A stretch of DNA of 15,603 nt from a virus. Numbering within the stretch: the stretch's first letter is position 1; each line of letters starts with the position of its first letter. Below the pieces are notes generated by a model that was given only the letters and a program-made list of their open reading frames with translations, had not been told where the DNA came from and did no database searches. The stretch is from UHGV virus genome UHGV-1832398, one strand, 5' to 3'. Shown in pieces: positions 7,592-15,157 of the stretch. The translations under genes were made by a program, and so were the position numbers.

Positions 7592-8180
7592 ATCGATTAA
7601 CAGAAACCACAGAACGATGAGGCTAACCGTGGGTAAGCATCACTGGAAAGTAGAAAAACAGCCTGAGTGGTACGTGAAAGCTGTCAGAAAAACTATCGCA
7701 GCGTTGCCGGGTGGTTACGCTGAAGCAGCTGACTGGCTGGATGTAACAGAAAACGCATTATTTAACCGCCTTCGTGCCGATGGCGATCAGATTTTCCCGC
7801 TGGGATGGGCAATGATTTTGCAACGTGCTGGTGGAACTCACTTCATTGCTGACGCTGTGGCGCAGTCTGCAAATGGCGTCTTTGTGTCTCTTCCTGACGT
7901 CGAGGATGTGGACAACGCCGATATTAACCAGCGCCTGCTGGAAGTCATTGAACAGATTGGCAGTTATTCCAGACAGATTCGTTCGGCAATCGAAGACGGT
8001 GTGGTGGAACCGCATGAGAAGACAGCAATTAACGACGAGCTGTATCTCTCAATTTCGAAGCTGCAGGAGCATGCAGCACTGGTCTACAAAATCTTTTGCA
8101 TTTCAGAAAGTAATGACGCCCGCGAGTGTGCAGCTCCGGGCGCCGTGGCGTGTCGTGACTGTGGAGAAACTAACGCATGA
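7584..8180 (+). CDS. CII-like regulatory protein (possibly phage 186 CII/CP76-type); start uncertain
   Basis: Position immediately after cro; the ORF track's start at 7515 overlaps cro, so the ATG at 7584 (overlapping the cro stop) is preferred but has no good SD; family assignment from recalled similarity only. Confidence 0.5.
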   Translation: MDKSINRNHRTMRLTVGKHHWKVEKQPEWYVKAVRKTIAALPGGYAEAADWLDVTENALFNRLRADGDQIFPLGWAMILQRAGGTHFIADAVAQSANGVFVSLPDVEDVDNADINQRLLEVIEQIGSYSRQIRSAIEDGVVEPHEKTAINDELYLSISKLQEHAALVYKIFCISESNDARECAAPGAVACRDCGETNA

Positions 8181-8535
8181 ACAGTTTAACAACACACTAC
8201 CGTCGCTCGCAACTGATTGCGCTTCCTGTACCGGGTGGAAAAGCGAAGGTGGAGTATTGCTATGCAGTTAATGTACCAGGTGACAGGGAAATTGTAACCC
8301 ACAGCTTTGCTGAGTGGGCTGTGGGGGATTTCAACCGGCAGAAGGAGACAGTCCTTTGCGACAAGTTAACCGCTGGTTCAAAGATCACTACGGAGTGCCC
8401 GTCAGAGTCATTCGTTGGGAGCCGGAAACACAACGAGTTATCTACCTCCGCGAAGGCTATGAGCATGAGTGCTTCAGCCCGCTCGAACAGTTTCGTCGTA
8501 AATTCAGGGAAATAGAGGTCGGTCATGAGCACTAA
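8177..8535 (+). pseudogene. Hypothetical gene between cII-like and the replication initiator, apparently split across two frames at a G5 run (8323-8327): N-terminal part 8177.. in one frame, C-terminal part ending 8535 in another
   Basis: ATGA start/stop overlap with the upstream gene at 8177-8180; second frame has a GTG at 8314 or a TTG at 8356 preceded by AAGGAG (8342-8347) and ends overlapping the next gene's start; both halves look protein-like; inserting one G in the homopolymer would fuse them into a ~119-aa ORF. Confidence 0.3.
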
Positions 8536-9466
8536 ATTAACCGGCTATGTATGGGATGGTTGCGCTGCATCAGGCATGAAATTATCCAGCGTGGCAATTA
8601 TGGCCCGCCTGGCTGATTTCAGTAATGACGAAGGTGTGTGCTGGCCATCAATTGAAACCATTGCCCGTCAGATTGGCGCGGGAATGAGTACCGTCAGAAC
8701 GGCTATCGCACGGCTGGAAGCAGAAGGCTGGTTAACGCGTAAGGCGCGTCGCCAGGGTAACCGCAATGCGTCGAATGTTTATCAGCTTAACGTTGCGAAG
8801 CTTCAGGCAGCGGCATTTTCTCAACTGTCAGATTCTGACCCGTCAAAATCTGACGCATCAAAATCTGACCCGTCAAAATTTGATGCGTCGAAATCTGGCA
8901 AAAAAGCGGGTTTTCACCCGTCAGAATCTGGCGGGGATCCGTCAGTAAAATCAAAACATGATCCGTCAGATAAAAAACCTTCTCGTCCGGACGCTTCGCA
9001 ACCGGACACGCAGACGGATGAACAGGATTTTTTAACTCGCCATCCTGATGCGGTTGTATTCAGCCCTAAAAAGCGCCAGTGGGGAACGCAGGATGATTTG
9101 ACCTGCGCACAGTGGCTCTGGAAAAAAATCATCGCCCTGTACGAGCAAGCCGCCGAATGTGACGGCGAGGTGGTTCGTCCCAAAGAACCGAACTGGACAG
9201 CCTGGGCAAACGAAATTCGCCTGATGTGTGTGCAGGATGGTCGTACTCACAAACAAATCTGCGAGATGTACAGCCGCGTCAGCCGCGATCCGTTCTGGTG
9301 CCGTAACGTGCTCAGCCCGTCGAAGCTGCGGGAAAAATGGGATGAGCTTTCCCTGCGCTTATCGCCGTCCGTCAGCACGTACACAGAAAAACGCGAAGAC
9401 CCGTACTTCAAAGCCAGTTACGACAATGTGGACTACAGCCAGATCCCGGCAGGATTCAGGGGGTGA
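8525..9466 (+). CDS. Replication initiator (lambda O-like organisation): N-terminal winged-helix DNA-binding domain, iteron-containing linker, C-terminal domain
   Basis: N-terminal HTH region (SVAIMARLADFSNDEGVCWPSIETIARQIGAGMSTVRTAIARLEAEGWL); tandem 15-bp DNA repeats inside the gene encode a low-complexity linker (SDSDPSKSDASKSDPSKFDASKS); SD GAGG upstream. Confidence 0.75.
   Translation: MSTKLTGYVWDGCAASGMKLSSVAIMARLADFSNDEGVCWPSIETIARQIGAGMSTVRTAIARLEAEGWLTRKARRQGNRNASNVYQLNVAKLQAAAFSQLSDSDPSKSDASKSDPSKFDASKSGKKAGFHPSESGGDPSVKSKHDPSDKKPSRPDASQPDTQTDEQDFLTRHPDAVVFSPKKRQWGTQDDLTCAQWLWKKIIALYEQAAECDGEVVRPKEPNWTAWANEIRLMCVQDGRTHKQICEMYSRVSRDPFWCRNVLSPSKLREKWDELSLRLSPSVSTYTEKREDPYFKASYDNVDYSQIPAGFRG
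8834..8975. repeat. Putative origin of replication: four tandem 15-bp iterons (TCTGACCCGTCAAAA-type at 8834, 8849, 8864, 8879) plus three dispersed CCGTCAG copies (8917, 8938, 8962) and an A-rich stretch
   Basis: Direct reading of the sequence; analogous to the ori-within-O arrangement of lambda. Confidence 0.6.
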
Positions 9467-9468
9467 GC

Positions 9469-9957
9469 ATGAGTCTTTTGAATGACGTTCAGAAATTCAT
9501 TGAAGCCCATCCGGGCTGTACTTCCGGAGACATTGCGGATGCTTTTGCAGGTTACTCACGGCAGCGCGTTCTGCAGTCAGCAAGCAAGTTACGTCAGAGT
9601 GGGCGTGTGGCTCACCGTTGTGAAGGAGATACACGCAGACATTTCCCGCGCCTGACTGAGAGAGCGCAGGAACCGGAACCACAACCAGTTCGAGAAACCA
9701 GACCTGTGCGCAATTTCTATGTCGGCACTAACGATCCACGGGTGATTTTGTGCCTGACCCGCCAGGCTGAAGAACTGGAGTCCAGGGGCTTATACCGTCG
9801 TGCTGCAACCGTGTGGATGGCGGCATTCCGTGAAAGCCACTCCCAGCCAGAACGAAACAATTTTCTGGCGCGTCGTGAGCGGTGCTTACGGAAAAGCAGC
9901 AAGCGCGCTGCATCGGGTGAAGAGTGGTATCTGTCAGGGAATTACGTGGGGGCTTAA
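9469..9957 (+). CDS. PerC-family-like transcriptional regulator (N-terminal HTH-like region plus PerC-like motif)
   Basis: Motif TRQAEELESRGLYRRAATVWMAAF resembles the conserved PerC/Pch core as I recall it; ATG at 9469 preceded by AGGGGG; the ORF track's GTG at 9463 overlaps the upstream stop. Confidence 0.5.
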   Translation: MSLLNDVQKFIEAHPGCTSGDIADAFAGYSRQRVLQSASKLRQSGRVAHRCEGDTRRHFPRLTERAQEPEPQPVRETRPVRNFYVGTNDPRVILCLTRQAEELESRGLYRRAATVWMAAFRESHSQPERNNFLARRERCLRKSSKRAASGEEWYLSGNYVGA

Positions 9958-10283
9958 TGACGACGTTAACTCAATGCCAGCAGCAGGTGCTGGATATGCT
10001 GATTTCTTATCAGAAAGAACGTGGCTTCCCGCCAACCAATCAGGAGGTGGCAACCATGCTGGGATACCGTTCGGTGAATGCAGCGGTGGAGCATCTTCGT
10101 GCGCTGGAGAAAAAAGGCGTCATCACGATAAAGCGTGGCGTGGCCCGGGGGATAACGCTTCATACCGCGGTGAAGGACGACGACAGCGAGGCGGTCGGGA
10201 TTATCCGCGCACTGCTTGCCGGTGAGGAAAACGCAAAGCTGCGTGCAACCCACTGGTTACATGAGAGGGGCCTGAAAGTATGA
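9957..10283 (+). CDS. LexA N-terminal DNA-binding-domain protein lacking the S24 peptidase domain
   Basis: MTTLTQCQQQVLDMLISYQKERGFPPTNQEVATMLGYRSVNAAVEHLRALEKKGVI aligns closely with the LexA N-terminus (MKALTARQQEVFDLI...[34 protein letters not shown]); ORF ends after ~108 aa with no Ala-Gly/Ser/Lys autopeptidase motifs; TAATG overlap with the upstream gene. Confidence 0.8.
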   Translation: MTTLTQCQQQVLDMLISYQKERGFPPTNQEVATMLGYRSVNAAVEHLRALEKKGVITIKRGVARGITLHTAVKDDDSEAVGIIRALLAGEENAKLRATHWLHERGLKV

Positions 10284-10669
10284 AGCTGATCCTGCCTTTT
10301 CCGCCCAGCGTGAACACGTACTGGCGACACCCCAACAAAGGGGCGTTTGCTGGTAAGAGCCTGATAAGCGCGGCGGGGCGAAAATTTCAGAGCGCGGCGT
10401 GTGCAGCAATAGTTGAGCAGTTACGTCGTCTGCCAAAACCAACGTCGGCACCTGCTTCAGTGGAGATCGTGTTGTTTCCTCCGGATAACAGGATCCGCGA
10501 TCTGGACAACTATAACAAGGCACTGTTTGACGCCCTGACACACGCGGGTGTGTGGGAAGACGACAGCCAGGTGAAAAGAATGCTGGTGGAGTGGGGACCG
10601 GTTATCCCGAAAGGGAAGGTCGAGATCACTATCAGTAAGTATGAGAAACCGGCGGGTGCAGCCGCCTGA
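10280..10669 (+). CDS. rusA: RusA-family Holliday junction resolvase
   Basis: Motifs LPFPPSVNTYWRH, RIRDLDNYNKALFDALTHAGVWEDDSQV match RusA; ATGA overlap with the upstream gene. Confidence 0.9.
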   Translation: MKLILPFPPSVNTYWRHPNKGAFAGKSLISAAGRKFQSAACAAIVEQLRRLPKPTSAPASVEIVLFPPDNRIRDLDNYNKALFDALTHAGVWEDDSQVKRMLVEWGPVIPKGKVEITISKYEKPAGAAA

Positions 10670-10688
10670 TTAAGAGGAGAAACGAAGT

Positions 10689-11498
10689 ATGAATAATCTG
10701 ATGGTCATTGATGGTATTGAAGTTCGTCGTGATGCTTATGGGCGTTACAGCCTGAACGATCTGCACAGGGCAGCCGGGGGAGAACAAAAAAACCGCCCGA
10801 AATACTGGCTCTCCAATAAGCAAACCTGTGAATTGATTGAACAACTTTTCACCGAGGGTGGAATTACGCCTCTGGAACAAAATCAACCAGTTAGCGTCAT
10901 TAATGGCGGAAATAACCAGGGGACGTATGTCTGCAAAGAACTGGTGTATGCCTATGCAATGTGGATCAGCCCGTCATTCCATCTGAAGGTGATCCGTACT
11001 TTCGATATGGTAACCAGCGCACCGGAAAAATTATCCGGGCAGGCTGCTGACAAGATGCAGGCTGGAGTGATTCTGCTGGACTTTATGCGCAGGGAGTTAA
11101 ACCTGTCTAACTCTTCAGTGCTTGGTGCCTGTCAGAAACTCCAGGAGGCTGTTGGCTTACCGAATCTGGCACCGCGCTATGCCATTGATGCTCCTGCTGA
11201 CGCGCCTGATGGCTCAAGTCGCCCTACGCTGTCGCTGAGTGCACTGCTGAAACAGTATGGTATCCGCCTGACGGCTAATCAGGCATATCACCAGATGGTG
11301 AAACTGGGGATCGTCGAGCAGCGCGAACGATACAGTCGTACTGCGATTAACAACATCAAAAAATTCTGGTCGCTGACAGCGAAAGGTTGCATGTTCGGCA
11401 AGAACATCACCAGTCCCGCAAATCCGCGCGAGACGCAGCCGCATTTCTTCGAATCCCGATTCCCTGAGCTGTTAAAGCTGCTCGATACCGTTCATTGA
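10689..11498 (+). CDS. KilA-N domain protein (antirepressor-like)
   Basis: N-terminal KilA-N pattern (IDGIEVRRDAYGRYSLNDLHRAAGG ... KYWLSNKQT ... GTYVCKELVYAYAMWISPSFHLKVI); SD GAGGAG. Confidence 0.75.
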   Translation: MNNLMVIDGIEVRRDAYGRYSLNDLHRAAGGEQKNRPKYWLSNKQTCELIEQLFTEGGITPLEQNQPVSVINGGNNQGTYVCKELVYAYAMWISPSFHLKVIRTFDMVTSAPEKLSGQAADKMQAGVILLDFMRRELNLSNSSVLGACQKLQEAVGLPNLAPRYAIDAPADAPDGSSRPTLSLSALLKQYGIRLTANQAYHQMVKLGIVEQRERYSRTAINNIKKFWSLTAKGCMFGKNITSPANPRETQPHFFESRFPELLKLLDTVH

Positions 11499-11499
11499 G

Positions 11500-12495
11500 G
11501 TGACCGTGAGAGCATTACTGACCCCTGAAATTGCCCCGCGTATGGGGATCGTATTGTTCAGGCCAGGTTCAGAGCTGATGCCCCTGTTTATGCAGGGGCG
11601 TGTCCTGCTGGAGCCTGAGCCGGAACGTTATTCATCTTTCGCCAGTGGTGCCGTTCCGGCGGCATCACAACCGCTGGCGGATGATCCTGCCGTTCGGGCC
11701 GTGTTCCGCAATGAGGCAGTGATCCGTCGTGCTGGTGGCGTGGAATGTCTTGAAAGCTGGTTACTTCGTGAAAAAGGCTGCCAGTGGCCTCATTCCGATT
11801 GGCACAGCGAGAACATGACCACAATGCGACACGCGCCGGGCGCAATCCGTCTGTGCTGGCACTGCGATAACCAGCTGCGTGATCAGTTCACGGAACGGCT
11901 GGAATCAATGGCAACGGATAACTGTGCCCGCTGGGTGTTGTCTGTTGTGCGTCGGGATCTCGGTTTTGATGACAGTCACGTTGTGACAATGCCGGAACTG
12001 TGCTGGTGGCTGATTCGTAATGACCTGGCGGATGCCTTACCGGAAAGTGCAGCCCGTAAGGCACTGAGATTACCGAAGCCTGTTGTGCCGTCTGTCACCC
12101 GGGAAAGTGACCTTGTGCCTTCGGTTCCTGCCACCAGCATCATCCAGGATAAGGCGAAAAATGTGCTGGCGCTGAAAGTGGATCCGGAGTCGCCGGAGTC
12201 TTTTATGTTACGCCCCAAACGTCGCCGCTGGGTTAATGAAAAGTACACGCGCTGGGTTAAGACGCAGCCGTGCGCATGTTGTGGAAAGCCAGCTGATGAT
12301 CCCCACCACCTGATAGGCCACGGTCAGGGTGGAATGGGTACAAAAGCGCATGATCTCTTTGTGTTGCCTTTGTGCAGAAAGCATCACGACGAGCTGCATG
12401 CGGATACCGTGACATTTGAAGAGAAGTATGGCTCCCAACTGGAGCTGATATTTCGTTTTATCGATCGTGCGCTGGCAATTGGCGTACTGGCGTAA
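11500..12495 (+). CDS. DUF968-type prophage protein (YdfU-like) with C-terminal HNH-like Cys/His motif
   Basis: C-terminal CACCGKPADDPHHLIGHGQGGMGTKAHDLFVLPLCRKHHDELH; GTG start 1 nt after the KilA-N stop; position between KilA-N and Q as in Qin-type late-regulatory regions. Confidence 0.65.
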   Translation: MTVRALLTPEIAPRMGIVLFRPGSELMPLFMQGRVLLEPEPERYSSFASGAVPAASQPLADDPAVRAVFRNEAVIRRAGGVECLESWLLREKGCQWPHSDWHSENMTTMRHAPGAIRLCWHCDNQLRDQFTERLESMATDNCARWVLSVVRRDLGFDDSHVVTMPELCWWLIRNDLADALPESAARKALRLPKPVVPSVTRESDLVPSVPATSIIQDKAKNVLALKVDPESPESFMLRPKRRRWVNEKYTRWVKTQPCACCGKPADDPHHLIGHGQGGMGTKAHDLFVLPLCRKHHDELHADTVTFEEKYGSQLELIFRFIDRALAIGVLA

Positions 12496-12508
12496 GTGGA
12501 GAACGAGC

Positions 12509-13261
12509 ATGAACCTTGAAGCCTTACCAAAATATTACTCCCCAAAATCTCCAAAATTGAGTGATGCCGCACCGGCGACAGGCTCAGGTGGTTTAACGAT
12601 TACGGATGTGATGGCTGCGCAGGGGATGGTGCAGTCGAAAGCACCGCTTGGGTTTGCCTTATTCCTGGCAAAAGCTGGCGTTCAGGATCCTCAGTTTGCG
12701 ATTGAAGGTCTGCTCAATTACGCGATGGCACTGGATAACCCGACATTGAACAAATTGAGTGAAGAAATCCGGTTACAGATCATCCCTTACCTTGTGAGTT
12801 TTGCCTTTGCTGATTATTCCAGGTCTGCGGCAAGTAAGGCTCGCTGTGAGCCTTGTGCTGGTACTGGATTTCATAATGTATTGCGCGAAGTGGTGAAATA
12901 CTCCAGAAGCGGGGAGTCTGTTATCAAGGAAGAGTGGGTGAAGGAACTATGTCAGCATTGTCATGGTAAGGGAGAAGTCAGCACAGCGTGCAGAGGGTGT
13001 AAGGGTAAAGGTATTGTCCTGGATGAAAAAAGGACCCGGCTTCATGGCGCGCCTGTTTATAAGATTTGTGGGCGTTGCAATGGAAACCGGTTTAGTCGTT
13101 TACCAACGACACTGGCGCGGTGTCATGTCCAGAAGCTGGTACCAGACCTGACTGATTATCAGTGGTACAAAGGATATGCAGATGTCATTGATAAACTGGT
13201 TACAAAGTGCTGGCAGGAAGAAGCATATGCTGAGGTGCAATTAAGAAAAGTGACGAGATAA
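12509..13261 (+). CDS. Late-gene antiterminator Q (QuuQ-like, 250 aa) with multiple CxxC zinc-binding motifs
   Basis: Position immediately upstream of a promoter/terminator pair and the lysis cassette; CxxCxGxG-type repeats (CEPCAGTG, CQHCHGKG, CRGCKGKG, CGRCNG); start at ATG 12509 with SD GGAG (the ORF track's 12467 start lacks an SD). Confidence 0.7.
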   Translation: MNLEALPKYYSPKSPKLSDAAPATGSGGLTITDVMAAQGMVQSKAPLGFALFLAKAGVQDPQFAIEGLLNYAMALDNPTLNKLSEEIRLQIIPYLVSFAFADYSRSAASKARCEPCAGTGFHNVLREVVKYSRSGESVIKEEWVKELCQHCHGKGEVSTACRGCKGKGIVLDEKRTRLHGAPVYKICGRCNGNRFSRLPTTLARCHVQKLVPDLTDYQWYKGYADVIDKLVTKCWQEEAYAEVQLRKVTR

Positions 13262-13292
13262 ATGATTTTCGCCGAAGATGGCGACGTAATGC

Positions 13293-13321
13293 TTGCATTT
13301 TTCAAAAAATATGGATAAAAT
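13293..13321 (+). promoter_or_regulatory. Candidate late promoter PR' (-35 TTGCAT 13293-13298, 17-bp spacer, -10 TAAAAT 13316-13321)
   Basis: Direct reading; located 32 bp downstream of the Q stop and ~50 bp upstream of an intrinsic terminator, as expected for a PR'/qut/tR' unit. Confidence 0.4.
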
Positions 13322-13366
13322 TTTTTCAACGATGGGCTTTATATACCCGACGTTAAGAAAAAGTAG

Positions 13367-13392
13367 AAAACCCGCTGATGAGCGGGTTTTTG
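13367..13392 (+). terminator. Intrinsic terminator (candidate tR'): AAAACCCGCT-GATG-AGCGGGTTTTT
   Basis: 6-bp GC-rich stem extended by a flanking A-tract/T-tract, followed by TTTTTG. Confidence 0.65.
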
Positions 13393-13676
13393 TGCTTTAA
13401 ATAGGGTAATAGAGATGTTGAATCTCATTCCGGGATTCATGTTTGTTTACTTATTATTTATCGGGTGACTTTGCCTGATGTTTAAAATGTTTTCTTCCAG
13501 TACTATGTCCCTAGATACAATGAGTCTGCATATTACATTATTAGCAGAGCTATTACGGTCAAAGTACAGCATAAGCTTTTAAAGCCAATCAACCAGTCAT
13601 CAAGACAGACGGGGTTATTCATGAAAACTCTCCATGTTTGATTCGATGGGGCCTGAAATTAAAGCTTTAATATAGC

Positions 13677-13889
13677 TCATGAAAGGTAAACATTGGCAGC
13701 TGAAGGGCCACGCAGACCATTTATCCGGCAAAATTCCACGCGTAATCCGGTGGTAATTTCTTCTGCATCGCGGAGATTGAGCGCTGAAACATGAAGCTGG
13801 ACATCGATACGACCATCGGATGGGGTGATAAGACCCTTGCCGCTTTTGCCGTCAAAGGTTTTGACAATTCCTGTCATTTTACGGGACAA
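13677..13889 (-). CDS. cspF: CspF/CspH-like cold-shock-domain protein
   Basis: 70 aa; [26 protein letters not shown] ... [14 protein letters not shown] has the cold-shock-domain fold pattern but lacks the canonical aromatic RNP motifs, as in CspF/H. Confidence 0.8.
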
Positions 13890-14189
13890 AAAAATTCCTT
13901 AATACTGATAACTGGGCGCACTATACACACGTTCCTGAAGAAAGCTATAGTTTTTTGATGGGGGTGAAGATGGCTGGATGTCTAAAATAAACATTGCTTC
14001 ATATGTTCAACTATGCGTTAATGATTGCGTCGGTTTGAAGAACAGACGATATACGAAGTAGTTTACTAAAGCAGTTCTCATTTCAGGTGTTATTCACTTA
14101 TTCCTTCTTTGAGTCTCTCCAATTAAGTACGAAGTCGTTTCTGTTATACAAGCCATTTATGCCGAAAGGCTCAAGTTAAGGAATGTAGA

Positions 14190-14405
14190 ATGTCAAATAA
14201 AATGACTGGTTTAGTAAAATGGTTTAACGCTGATAAAGGTTTCGGCTTTATTTCTCCTGTTGATGGTAGTAAAGATGTGTTTGTGCATTTTTCTGCGATT
14301 CAGAATGATAATTTTCGAACCTTATTTGAAGGTCAAAAGGTTACCTTCTCTGTAGAGAGTGGTGCTAAAGGTCCTGCAGCAGCAAATGTCATAATTACTG
14401 ATTAA
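14190..14405 (+). CDS. cspB: CspB/CspA-family cold-shock protein
   Basis: 71 aa; [19 protein letters not shown] ... VFVHFSAI (RNP1/RNP2 motifs); conserved 5'-UTR 'upstream box' GCCGAAAGGC at 14161-14170 as in cspA-family leaders. Confidence 0.85.
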   Translation: MSNKMTGLVKWFNADKGFGFISPVDGSKDVFVHFSAIQNDNFRTLFEGQKVTFSVESGAKGPAAANVIITD

Positions 14406-14686
14406 AATTCATAGTTTGTCTGTATACGATAACGAAGAAGGCTGATGCCTGAGTGGAGATACAGACAGAGTGGTGAATATTGGATCTCTTTAATAAATAG
14501 TAAGGAGGTCCAATACATGAAACAATGGCCAGCATATTTGGCAATAACTTAATCAGGAAAAGTATGCTAACCATTGTGGTGAAGTGCAGGTTTGCTGCAT
14601 GAATAGTTTTACAGCAGAAGCTAACTGCTGGCATAGCAAAACAAAGTGCGTAAGTGGATGACTCCCACAAAAAGTACCACAATATT

Positions 14687-14710
14687 AAACCCGCTCAGGC
14701 GGGTTTTTTA
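14687..14710 (+). terminator. Intrinsic terminator AAACCCGC-TCAG-GCGGGTTTTTT
   Basis: 5-bp GC stem, 4-nt loop, six-T tract; closes the cspB-downstream transcript. Confidence 0.65.
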
Positions 14711-14768
14711 TTATCTGCTTTAAATATGTTATTAAAATATAAAAAATACTTGTTACGAATAAAATCAA

Positions 14769-14939
14769 TCAAGCTACAGCTTTAAGATTTGTCTGGAATA
14801 CTTTGTTGCAATGAGGGCAGATCAAAAGGGTACCTTTTTGTACTCTTGAAAAACTGTGTTCTGACTCTTGGGTGCAGTTTGGGCAGGAACATTTAACGAG
14901 ATAATTACGGCGTGATTTTGAGTCTTTACGTTCTGACAT
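14769..14939 (-). CDS. Hypothetical small zinc-ribbon protein (56 aa; CSCPNC ... CPHC)
   Basis: Start at internal Met MSERKDSK with SD AGGA 7 nt upstream; two CxxC pairs; the ORF track's longer version starts at 14990 without an SD. Confidence 0.5.
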   Translation of the reverse strand: MSERKDSKSRRNYLVKCSCPNCTQESEHSFSRVQKGTLLICPHCNKVFQTNLKAVA

Positions 14940-15157
14940 AGGCTTTTCCTGTATAAATGGCCGTATACAGTACACTAAATATGAAAACATATCTCGTATT
15001 ATTATTTAATATATGATTTTCTTTTAAAATAATTACCCACATTTTTAATGTGTCTGTTTTTTAGCGCCGTTGAGAACAACGTTTGCTATAAAAACTAACC
15101 CATAGACTCCGATCTTTTCAAACATATTGCACCATCTGTGTACATCGGGGTGAGGAT

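Noticed and set aside
8766-8948. Short direct repeats that could be mistaken for a CRISPR array, and ORFs 8766..8948 / 8914..9183 overlapping them
   Set aside because: Repeats are 15-bp contiguous units with no spacers, in frame within the replication-initiator gene; this is an iteron-type origin, not CRISPR. The overlapping ORFs are frame artefacts of the repeats.
9924-9956. Upstream ATG at 9924 as start of the LexA-domain gene
   Set aside because: It would overlap the preceding gene by 34 nt; the ATG at 9957 aligns with the LexA N-terminus and forms a TAATG stop-start junction.
14395-14682. 95-aa minus-strand ORF
   Set aside because: Hydrophobic/Cys/Phe-rich low-complexity translation without an RBS, overlapping SD-preceded mini-ORFs and a terminator oriented for the + strand.
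13262-15157. Shiga toxin or other toxin genes and tRNA genes in the Q-to-holin interval
   Set aside because: The interval contains only cold-shock-domain genes and small ORFs; no AB5 toxin-like ORFs and no tRNA-like sequences.
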